From Phycisphaerae bacterium (GTDB lineage Bacteria > Planctomycetota > Phycisphaerae > UBA1845 > Fen-1342): a stretch of 64,000 nucleotides of DNA. A program made the translations under genes and the position numbers. Each line of letters starts with the position of its first letter. Within the stretch, counting starts at the first letter, position 1. This document shows, in pieces, positions 1-9,663 of the stretch. The stretch lies in the NCBI GenBank assembly GCA_963675745.2, contig CAXXWX010000006.1, positions 160,001 through 224,000 of the forward strand. The letters run 5' to 3'. The notes beneath the pieces were generated by a model. The model was not told where the DNA came from, ran no database searches, and saw nothing but the letters and a program-made list of their open reading frames with translations.

Positions 1-1560
1 GTTCTGGTCGAAGGCCATGTTCTGGTGATGGCACAGCCGACACGATTCATCATCGCCCAGCGCGCTCACGTGGTCGTCATGGGCAAACGGCACGAAGCGC
101 CAATCACGATTGCCGTCAATCAGCATCACGCGGACGGGCGACGGTCTGAGCGCGGCCGGCACGTTGCCGGACAGACTGGATATGTGAAAGATGCGCCGCT
201 GGGGCGCGGGCGCGGGTGTGGCCAGGGCCTCCACCGTGCGCGACAGGTGTACCGGCGTGGGCCGCGGCTTGGCCCCGAAAATGGCGTCGCGGGGCAGGCA
301 TCCGATCGCCAGTGCCGCCGCCAGGATAAACACCAGCGAGTGTCGTCTGAACGCCGGTGTGAACGATCCTGCCCGCTCCGACTGGCGGAGGTCGTCTTCC
401 AGGTCTCCGCCACTGGTCGGCGCCGGGTGATGGTCGTCGATGATCCGCAGATTCTCGTTGAAGAAGATGAAGACCAGCGCGGCGCCGGCGACAATCCCGC
501 AGCTCACGGCCAACTCGATCCAGGTCGGGAAATACGCCATACCCTCGGGGCGCTGGAAAGCGACGATGCAGATGTTGAAGCGATAGCCAATCGCGCCGAA
601 AACCGTCATGGTCGATGTGGTTGCCAGCCCGGGGATGCTGGAGCGCACGCGCGGGATCGCCAGCAGCGTGCCGGGGATTACCGCGCTGAGCAGCATCTCG
701 ACCAGAAAGACCCCGGCCTGCCACGAACCATCAAGCGCGCCGGGCAGCACGCCGCGATACCACAGGTCACCGATGCGCATGAGCGCGTAGACCAGCAGGA
801 CGATCGAAGCGAGCCGACCCAGGCCCGCGAGCAGATCCACCTGCACCTTGTGGCCAAACAACCAGGCCGATAGCAGGGATTCGAGCGTTACGATCATTAG
901 CCCGAGGCCTGTCGCGGAGACAAAGAACAGAATGTAGACGATCGGGCTGTACCAGAGCGGATGCACGCGGAACGGCTGGATTAGAAAGAGCGATCCCAGT
1001 GACGACTGGTGCAGCGTGGATAGCACAATACCGGCGATGACCAGCGGAATGGTCAGGGCCTTGACGATCGACAGAATCTTCTGAAACAGCGGGCGGTGGA
1101 ACAACGGGTGTTCGAGAACCGCCGGGCTGAACTCCAGCGCCAGGACCGTGAGATAGCACATGACGCACATGGCTACTTCAAACAGCACCGAGTGGTGCTG
1201 CGGGAAGATCATAGGGTGCCAGATGTTCCAGGGGATACCGAGGTCGTACAGCAGGCCGACGGCGACCGCGATATAGCCGAGCAGCGCCGTTAGAATCGCC
1301 GGGCGTGCAAAACCGTGATAGCGTTGGAATCCGAAGATGTAGACCAGGGCGGCGACGACGAACCCACCGGCGGCCAGGGCGACACCGGCCATCACATCGA
1401 ATGCGATCCAGAAGCCCCAGGGGGCCACGTCGGTCAATCCGCTGGTGGCGCCGATGCCGTGGGTAAAGCGGGCCACGGTAACCACCGCCCAGACCCCCAT
1501 AAAGGCCCAGAGGATGGTCTTTACGCGCTCCAGATTACGGTTTACGACCGTTTTAATCAT
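1..1560 (-). CDS. NrfD/HybB (HmcC-like) membrane subunit fused to a C-terminal c-type cytochrome domain; 3' end lies outside the window
   Basis: Not in the ORF track because no stop is reached. Read by hand from ATG 1560, which overlaps the stop of the upstream Fe-S gene: MIKTVVNRNLERVKTILWAFMGVWAVVTVARFTHGIGATSGLTDVAPWGFWIAFDVMAGVALAAGGF (HybB/NrfD-type start). The same frame ends ...VPFAHDDHVSALGDDESCRLCHHQNMAFDQN (CxxCH). Confidence 0.85.
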   Translation of the reverse strand, partial: MIKTVVNRNLERVKTILWAFMGVWAVVTVARFTHGIGATSGLTDVAPWGFWIAFDVMAGVALAAGGFVVAALVYIFGFQRYHGFARPAILTALLGYIAVAVGLLYDLGIPWNIWHPMIFPQHHSVLFEVAMCVMCYLTVLALEFSPAVLEHPLFHRPLFQKILSIVKALTIPLVIAGIVLSTLHQSSLGSLFLIQPFRVHPLWYSPIVYILFFVSATGLGLMIVTLESLLSAWLFGHKVQVDLLAGLGRLASIVLLVYALMRIGDLWYRGVLPGALDGSWQAGVFLVEMLLSAVIPGTLLAIPRVRSSIPGLATTSTMTVFGAIGYRFNICIVAFQRPEGMAYFPTWIELAVSCGIVAGAALVFIFFNENLRIIDDHHPAPTSGGDLEDDLRQSERAGSFTPAFRRHSLVFILAAALAIGCLPRDAIFGAKPRPTPVHLSRTVEALATPAPAPQRRIFHISSLSGNVPAALRPSPVRVMLIDGNRDWRFVPFAHDDHVSALGDDESCRLCHHQNMAFDQN

Positions 1561-2404
1561 ATCGATCGTCCAGGGCGTCTTCGCGTGACGCCTGCCCCGC
1601 GGCGTGGCGCTCAGCCGCCTCAGCCTGAAGTTTCATACGCCTGCCGATGATCCAATAGATCCCGCTCATCAGCCCCGCCACGCCGAGCGCGATGGGCGGC
1701 ACCTTCGAGATTGCGGCCCAGGTTCGTTCGGGCAATGGCTCGTCGCCAAGTTCCGGCCGCCAACCGAGGAAATCGAGCGGGCCGTCTGAAATGTAGAGCA
1801 CGGACACCCCGCCGACCTCGTACCAGCCGAAGATGTTGCGCTCGGGCTCATCATGCGGCTGGTAATAGCGCTGCGGCTCGGCCTTGAACCGTCGCAGAGC
1901 CTCGGCGCGCATCTCGTTGCGCGTGCCGAATATGGTGGCATTGTAGGGACAGGCCTCGGTACAGGCGGGTTGCTGGCCCTTCTCTATGCGCTGGTAGCAG
2001 AGAATGCACTTGCGCACGAGCGGAACCGGGCTTTCCCACTGGTAGCGCGGAATGCCGTAGGGGCAGGCCATCATGCAGTAGCGGCAACCCATGCAGCGCC
2101 CCTCGTCATAAACCACGGGGCCGTTGGGGAGCTTCTGCAGCGCGCCCACAATGCAGGCCGACACGCAGGCCGGCTCAGCGCAATGCCGGCATTGCTGCCG
2201 TACATAGCGGTTCCCCGGTCGGCGGAGAATCGTGGTAAAGCGCGTCGCCGACAGGTCATCGATCTTGCGCTTCCAGCGCCACGCCTGGTCACGACCCAAC
2301 TCATACGTCTGCTGGCAGGCGTGGACACAGGTCTCGCACCCGGTGCAGCGCGTAGTGTCGGTCAGAATCGCGACCATCTTGTCGTTATCAACGGTGTGAT
2401 TCAT
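1553..2404 (-). CDS. 4Fe-4S dicluster electron-transfer subunit (HybA/HmcB/NrfC-like) with C-terminal TM anchor
   Basis: CTGCETCVHAC, CRHCAEPACVSAC, CMGCRYCMMACP and KCILC...PACTEACP motifs; hydrophobic C-terminal helix. Confidence 0.9.
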   Translation of the reverse strand: MNHTVDNDKMVAILTDTTRCTGCETCVHACQQTYELGRDQAWRWKRKIDDLSATRFTTILRRPGNRYVRQQCRHCAEPACVSACIVGALQKLPNGPVVYDEGRCMGCRYCMMACPYGIPRYQWESPVPLVRKCILCYQRIEKGQQPACTEACPYNATIFGTRNEMRAEALRRFKAEPQRYYQPHDEPERNIFGWYEVGGVSVLYISDGPLDFLGWRPELGDEPLPERTWAAISKVPPIALGVAGLMSGIYWIIGRRMKLQAEAAERHAAGQASREDALDDRYD

Positions 2405-2417
2405 CGTCTCAACAGCC

Positions 2418-3149
2418 TTATGCTGCGCCGGCCGGTATTCCCGGCGCCGTTGGCGCCGGTGCCGACCAGGCGGCTTCCGGCACGGCGTCCGTTAAGCGCG
2501 TGTGCACGCACGTGAGCATACGCGCGAAGGGGATCATCACGAAGACCACGGCGGCGCTCACGAGGTGCAGCAGCAGCATCACGTGGTAATCCAGCGGGCT
2601 CCACGACGGGTGCATCGCCATCGTCCCGGTCGCAAACGGTACGATCATGACCAACGGGTTAAGGAAGCTCCACGGCGCTTCCATGGCGCGCAGCGTGGGT
2701 GAATACAGACGCATCAAGAACAGCATGACCCCTGTGAGAATCGTCACGACCGCGAAGGTGTCGGCGTATTTGACCGGCAGCGTTACCCACGACAAGCCGA
2801 TGCCGCGCTCGATCAGGTAGACGTGTGCAACCATGAATGCGGGCACGATGATGGCGCATATCCGAAAAATCAGAGACACGGCGCAGATAGCCAGGTGATA
2901 GCAGAACATGCGCGTGCTGCCACCAGGGCGCATCCGCCGCAGTACGATGCTGGGCAGGAAAAACCAGAGGAGTCGCATGCGCAGCTTGCGCCAGAAGAGC
3001 GCGCGATCGGACATGGTGAGGTAGGCTCCGAGCGCATCGGAGAAGCTGAACGCCGCCTGCCGCAGCAGCCCAAAGATCATCAGCGCAAAGGCAAAACGAA
3101 AGAGCGGCCCTTGGGCTACTTCAAGAAGAAAGAGAATCGTCTGATTCAC
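2418..3149 (-). CDS. NarI/HmcE-like cytochrome b membrane protein (degenerate)
   Basis: GPLFRFAF start, about 5 TM segments, LLH...IPF motif; directly upstream of the Fe-S and NrfD genes; GTG 3149 chosen as start. Confidence 0.65.
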   Translation of the reverse strand: MNQTILFLLEVAQGPLFRFAFALMIFGLLRQAAFSFSDALGAYLTMSDRALFWRKLRMRLLWFFLPSIVLRRMRPGGSTRMFCYHLAICAVSLIFRICAIIVPAFMVAHVYLIERGIGLSWVTLPVKYADTFAVVTILTGVMLFLMRLYSPTLRAMEAPWSFLNPLVMIVPFATGTMAMHPSWSPLDYHVMLLLHLVSAAVVFVMIPFARMLTCVHTRLTDAVPEAAWSAPAPTAPGIPAGAA

Positions 3150-3343
3150 GAGGTCACTCGGATATGTTCCGTAGCTGCGCGACCAGGCCGGCCTGGCCGC
3201 GGCTCGTAGCTCAGTGACCGTTGGACCACATTCCAGCGACAAAACTGGAATTAATGCTCCACGTTCTATCGACATTGTGACGCGCTATCGTTCTGTCCGC
3301 AAGGTCTCGCGCCGCGGGTCGCACAATGCCCCGTCGCTCCCGG

Positions 3344-5140
<1,797 letters not shown>

Positions 5141-5213
5141 GAAGCTCACTAATCACGCGTCGCCTCGCCGGCCACGCGCCTGGTGCGCTCCGACCGGCCG
5201 GCTGGAATCCGGC

Positions 5214-5219
5214 ATTATA
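5214..5219 (-). promoter_or_regulatory. Putative -10 element of lepA
   Basis: Perfect TATAAT on the minus strand about 75 bp upstream of the lepA ATG, in very GC-rich DNA. Confidence 0.4.
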
Positions 5220-5345
5220 GCGATTCGCCCGCGTTATGCTGGCCCGTCCGCGAATCGGGGAGTCAGCCGGGGTGCGTGACACTTGGGGCGGGACGTTGGC
5301 AGGGGTGGTCCGGTGAAGCTTGCCCCAGAGGGGCATGGGGCCGGT

Positions 5346-5649
5346 GCCACGGGTGGCAGCGCAGCGTAACCGGTGAGCGCAGTCTGCTCAGCCGCGACTC
5401 CTCGCCCTGAAGGGGCGCAGGCGCATGGCCACGGGTGCAGCGCAGCGCAACCCGTGGATCGGATGCGGGCTGACATGTCATTCCGCCCCGCAGGGGCGGG
5501 GGAGGCGCGCAGGCCGGGGACCTTCACGGGATCGAGCACGACGCGCGATACCTGGAGGGCTGATCGCATCTTCCGCCGCCCCTGCGGGGCGGAGAGCTTG
5601 TGGTGGCGGACCGTGTCCACGGGTTGCGCTGCGCTCCACCCGTGGCTAC
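5346..5649. repeat. Cluster of REP-like palindromes arranged as an inverted doublet
   Basis: GCCACGGGTG(G)CAGCGCAGCG(C/T)AACC(C/G)GTG at 5346-5375 and 5428-5458, inverted copy at 5616-5649; CGCCCC-N3-GGGGCG type hairpins at 5403-5417, 5483-5499 and 5576-5592. Confidence 0.8.
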
Positions 5650-5697
5650 GCGCCCACGCTCCTCCGGAGCGAAACGCTCGTGCCCGGGCCGCTGGCA

Positions 5698-5800
5698 CGG
5701 ATGACCACACACCGCCGATTCTGTCACGGACCCGCCCCTCCCCGCGTGAACGCGCTGCGCACCCGGATGACCACACGCCGCCGATTCTGTCACGGACCCG
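5698..5800. repeat. 37-bp direct repeat, 2 copies, 29-bp spacer
   Basis: CGGATGACCACAC(A/G)CCGCCGATTCTGTCACGGACCCG at 5698-5734 and 5764-5800. Confidence 0.9.
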
Positions 5801-6082
5801 TCAGCCGAACAGCAGGCGGTACAGGGCGATCGAGGTTGGCAGCAGGAAAATCACCAGCAGCCATTTGGCCCTGCGACGTGATGTCGAGCCGGCACCCGCC
5901 GGACGCGTGATCCACCGGTCGCAATACGGGCACCACTCCGTATCCTCGTAAATCTCACGCTGGCAATGCGGGCACGTGACCGTGGCGGTATCACCCCCAT
6001 CTTCGCCAAAACGCCGCAGGTCGGCGTCCAACGGCTCCTCATCCAGCTCGTCGTGCTCGTCGTAGGGCGATTCCGGGGACAT
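5801..6082 (-). CDS. Small zinc-ribbon membrane protein
   Basis: Acidic N-terminus, CPHC...CPYC, C-terminal TM helix; 6 bp downstream of the isochorismatase gene. Confidence 0.75.
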   Translation of the reverse strand: MSPESPYDEHDELDEEPLDADLRRFGEDGGDTATVTCPHCQREIYEDTEWCPYCDRWITRPAGAGSTSRRRAKWLLVIFLLPTSIALYRLLFG

Positions 6083-6088
6083 ATCGGT

Positions 6089-6643
6089 TTACTTGACGAT
6101 CGGCAGCATGCGCTTGAAGAGCTCGGTACCGGCCTGTTTCATGAGCTCGAAGATCGCCGACTCCACGGTTGTTACGATCACCCCATCCGCCCGCATGCGC
6201 TCGAAGGCGACCTGGCGATCGCTCGGCCGGCGCGAGCTGACCGCGTCTGCCAGCACAAACGGCTGCATTTGGAGATCGAGCAGATCCAATGCCGTCTGCT
6301 GGACGCAAACGTGCGTCTCTACGCCAACGATCAGCACTTGCGATCGCTTCTGCGCGGACAGATGCTCGCGCGCGCGTTCGTCCGCACAGACACTGAATGT
6401 CGTCTTGGTGATCTGTGGCGTTATGCCGGCGGCTTCGAGGACGCGCCGGTCCGTGGGGCCGAGGCCCTTGGGGTACTGTTCGGACAGCGTCAGCGGGAGC
6501 TCCATCACGCGCGCGGCGCCGATCATCTTGATGGTCGCCGTCGTAATGCTGTCGCAGTTGTGTATGTGTGGCAGCATGCGCTCCTGCATGTCGATGACAA
6601 GCAGTTGCGCGTGTGCCGTGTCGAGTCGCGTGAGTGGGGCCAT
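6089..6643 (-). CDS. Isochorismatase family (YcaC-like) hydrolase
   Basis: LLVIDMQER, EQYPKGLGPT, KTTFS, GVETHVCVQQT; AGGAG RBS before ATG 6643. Confidence 0.92.
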   Translation of the reverse strand: MAPLTRLDTAHAQLLVIDMQERMLPHIHNCDSITTATIKMIGAARVMELPLTLSEQYPKGLGPTDRRVLEAAGITPQITKTTFSVCADERAREHLSAQKRSQVLIVGVETHVCVQQTALDLLDLQMQPFVLADAVSSRRPSDRQVAFERMRADGVIVTTVESAIFELMKQAGTELFKRMLPIVK

Positions 6644-6819
6644 GTAGTGCTCCTGCGCGCCGGCCACAAATGCCGCGATAAGCCGCCGGTAGTGTGCCAC
6701 AGGCCCGGCCGCGTGGCAAAGGTCTGACGCGCGTGTTGCTCAATTCGCCGCGCTTTGTGCTGGACCGTGGTTGACGACTACGGTAGCATTCATGTCGGTT
6801 TTCGAGTGAGGAGTGCGTC

Positions 6820-7587
6820 ATGGACGACCGCTTGGAGGCGATGGATCGCAGCGGGGAAGCTGTAACCATCGACACTAATCGACAGATTGACATCGACTCG
6901 GCCTTTGCCGCGCCGGTTGCGCCGACACCCAAAGCGCCGCGACGGCCAAAACGACCGCGTCGTCCCGCGGCCGAGGCAAAACCAGACACCGAGTCAACAG
7001 AGTCCGAAACCGATGGCGTGGATGTCGTGCGCGTGGTGGAGGCACTGCTCTTCTCGTCCGACGCGCCGCTCAGCGCTGCTCGATTGGCCGAACTGGCCGG
7101 CACCGGTACTCCCGGCGTGATGCGCAAGTACATCGACGAGCTCAACAGCCAGTACGCCGCCGCCGGGCTTTCCTTCCGCGTGGAGAAGATCGCCGGCGGA
7201 TACCAGTTGCTCACTGAGCCGGTGTATCGGCCGTGGCTCGCCAAGCTCAATCAGCATCGCCGGCGCACACGCCTCAGCAATGCCGCTCTCGAGACGCTTT
7301 CAATCGTCGCGTACAAGCAGCCGATCATCCGTGCCGAGATTGAGGCGATCCGCGGCGTGGCGTGTGGGGATTCGCTGAACCGGCTGCGCGAAATGGGACT
7401 CGTCAAGGTCATCGGTCGCGCGGACATGGTCGGCCGCCCGATGCTCTACGGGACGACCAAGCGCTTCCTGGATCTGTTCGGCCTCGGTGATATCGAGGAT
7501 CTGCCCGCGCTCGAGACGATCGTCCTGCGCCGCGCCCCCGACGACGCCGAAGACGAGCAACCCGAACCCACGGCCGCCAGCGCGTAG
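6820..7587 (+). CDS. scpB: SMC-Scp complex subunit ScpB
   Basis: VEALLF, LSNAALETLSIVAYKQPI.RAEIEAIRGV, GRPMLYGTTKRFLDLFGL; GAGGAG RBS. Confidence 0.95.
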   Translation: MDDRLEAMDRSGEAVTIDTNRQIDIDSAFAAPVAPTPKAPRRPKRPRRPAAEAKPDTESTESETDGVDVVRVVEALLFSSDAPLSAARLAELAGTGTPGVMRKYIDELNSQYAAAGLSFRVEKIAGGYQLLTEPVYRPWLAKLNQHRRRTRLSNAALETLSIVAYKQPIIRAEIEAIRGVACGDSLNRLREMGLVKVIGRADMVGRPMLYGTTKRFLDLFGLGDIEDLPALETIVLRRAPDDAEDEQPEPTAASA

Positions 7588-7598
7588 CGTCCACGCCT

Positions 7599-7823
7599 TA
7601 ACATAGCGGCCACCCCCTAACGTAGCGGCCATCCCGTAACGTAGCGGCCGACGCCCTCGTCGGCCGAAGAGCATGCCAACGCGAACAGCCGTCAGCATGG
7701 CACCCCTGAATTCGTAGCGGCCGCCCTCCCCGAGCCGGCCGTCGAGGACCCAGACAAGCCGCGGCGCAGGCGCCCGTTGGTTCGCCCACCCAAGCTGCGA
7801 ACCCCATTCGCCATCGCCGCTAC
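7599..7823. repeat. GTAG-type REP-like cluster with 19-bp tandem copies of the REP end
   Basis: TAAC(A/G)TAGCGGCC at 7599, 7618 and 7637; full hairpin GTAG-CGGCCGACG-ccct-CGTCGGCCG at 7641-7666; another copy at 7714-7741; inverted end GCCGCTAC at 7816-7823. Confidence 0.75.
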
Positions 7824-7870
7824 GACCAGCCGGCACCGCTCTACAATCACCGTTGAAAGGCACGTGTGAG

Positions 7871-8083
7871 ATGAAGCCACTGATCGTAATGCTGCTCGGA
7901 GCCGCCGCTGGCGGGGCGCTTGGCTATTCGCAGGTGCTCTGCTGGAACGGGCAGTGTATCTTCCTGGGTACCTGGTACGGCGGCGCTCTGCTCGGCGGCG
8001 GTCTCGGATTGATGCTCGCCAGCAGCCGCACCATCCCCGCCACCACCCCTCCGGATTCCACCCGGCCGCCGGACGACCAGTGA
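7871..8083 (+). CDS. Small two-TM membrane protein (DUF6132-like)
   Basis: GAAAGGALGY...CWNGQC...YGGALLG pattern. Confidence 0.6.
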   Translation: MKPLIVMLLGAAAGGALGYSQVLCWNGQCIFLGTWYGGALLGGGLGLMLASSRTIPATTPPDSTRPPDDQ

Positions 8084-8395
8084 GCCAACGGCGGCATCCT
8101 GGGATGCAGACTACTGACCAGCGGGCCAGAACGCCACTTGACCACGCGCCAAGCCAGCACCCGCTGAACGCGCAGGCCGGTCTTGGCGAGTCGTAAATCT
8201 ATTTATAGCAAAGTTTTACGCCGCCACCCACCCACCGCCGGAGTGCATTGTGGACGATATTTGGCGCGATTCTCACCTAAATATCGGCGTTTTGTCGATG
8301 GCGCGATATAATCAGGCTCGGGCAGGGGTCGCGCACTCGGAGGGCGCGGCATGCGATCAGGCTAGGTGGAAAAGGCTACTCCAAGGAGGTTGCGA

Positions 8396-9367
8396 ATGAG
8401 CAGGAAATCTGCGCTGATTGTCTCCCTATCAATCTTGGGCGTGTGTGCGCCCGCTCTATTGGCTCAGACCGTGCCCGGCTACACGGTCTCACACTATGCC
8501 ACCGTGGAAACCGCGGACGAAATGACGTTCGCGCCCGATGGCACACTGTTCCTCGGCACGCAGCGGACCTCAACCGCCACCGAAATCAGCCGTGTTCCGG
8601 CGGGTGGCGGCGTGGGCGTCGCGTACGGGCCGACTTTTGTCGATGCTAACGCCGTGCTCTACGACGGCACCGGCGCGATCAGCGGCACCGCCGGCTCGGT
8701 GCTGGTGGCCGGTCAACGCGTCGTTGGCGGTCCCGGCGGCATCTTCGCGGTCTTGCCGGACGAGTCGATGGTTGACCTGGGAACGCTTACCACGTCCTAC
8801 AACACCAACTCGATGGCATTCGACACCTTCGGTCGGGTATTGCTGGCCCACGACACGACCAATCCGAACATCAACAGTCAGATCGGGATTTGGGACGGCG
8901 TCGCGGAGTCGATTCTCACGAACCTGCCGGCCAACAACTCGACCGTGTGGACAGATTATGCCACCGGTCGTGTTTATGTCGGCTCGACCGACGGTATGGT
9001 CCACGTTTATGACGATGCGACCGGCGCTGATCTGGCTCCGGGTGGCCTTGTCACCGGCCTCACCACCGTCTGGACCTCTCCGCTGACGCTGGGACCCGGC
9101 GGCCCGCTGTGGGGCAATGACCTGTACGTGATCGATCGTGGGCCGGGCAACCTGCTGCGCGTCGATCCGTTCACCGGCGCGAACACGATCATCGGCACCG
9201 GCTTCGGCGACATCGTGAACGACATGGCCTCTGACATCGCGTTCGGTCCGGACGGCGCGATGTACGTAAGCATGTTCCAGCGTAATGAAGTCCTGCGCAT
9301 CGTCCCCGAGCCGACGACACTGTCGCTGCTCGGCCTGGCCGCGCTGGGGCTGATTCGCCGCCGCTAA
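8396..9367 (+). CDS. PEP-CTERM sorting-signal surface protein with beta-propeller-like repeats
   Basis: AAGGAGG RBS, signal peptide, FAPDGTLF and IAFGPDGAMYVS blades, C-terminus VPEPTTLSLLGLAALGLIRRR. Confidence 0.92.
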   Translation: MSRKSALIVSLSILGVCAPALLAQTVPGYTVSHYATVETADEMTFAPDGTLFLGTQRTSTATEISRVPAGGGVGVAYGPTFVDANAVLYDGTGAISGTAGSVLVAGQRVVGGPGGIFAVLPDESMVDLGTLTTSYNTNSMAFDTFGRVLLAHDTTNPNINSQIGIWDGVAESILTNLPANNSTVWTDYATGRVYVGSTDGMVHVYDDATGADLAPGGLVTGLTTVWTSPLTLGPGGPLWGNDLYVIDRGPGNLLRVDPFTGANTIIGTGFGDIVNDMASDIAFGPDGAMYVSMFQRNEVLRIVPEPTTLSLLGLAALGLIRRR

Positions 9368-9409
9368 ACCGGCGTCGAATTCGAGAATCGGAAATCAAAC
9401 AAAGGGCGG
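9119..9409 (+). repeat. 291-bp direct repeat, copy 1 (3' end of the PEP-CTERM gene plus the left arm of its terminator)
   Basis: Matches 11167-11457 with 9 substitutions by manual alignment; offset 2048 bp. Confidence 0.95.
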
Positions 9410-9439
9410 ACCGTCACCAACAGACGGCCCGCCCTTTGT
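9399..9439 (+). terminator. Terminator-like hairpin after the PEP-CTERM gene
   Basis: ACAAAGGGCGGACCGTC-loop-GACGGCCCGCCCTTTGT. Confidence 0.7.
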
Positions 9440-9470
9440 CATGCGCGGATGACCGCAAGGGAAGACACGA

Positions 9471-9493
9471 AAAATCTTCCTGACACCTTTTCT
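9471..9493. repeat. 23-bp inverted repeat, left copy
   Basis: AAAATCTTCCTGACACCTTTTCT; exact reverse complement at 11481-11503. Confidence 0.9.
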
Positions 9494-9663
9494 TTTGATC
9501 ACCTTTTCCGGGCTTTGCCCGGCCGCGCGTCCATTACACGTTTCGTCCGCAATTGAGTTGGCATCACTGCCATCGCCATGATACTCTGGAGATGTCGTGT
9601 CGCATGGGGAGCCGGCGCGTCGCTTGCTTGCCTTGCAGATCGGCGGTGGTTGAGGGGTGGTAA

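Noticed and set aside
5698..5800. CRISPR array
   Set aside because: Only two repeats, no leader and no cas genes; kept only as a direct repeat.
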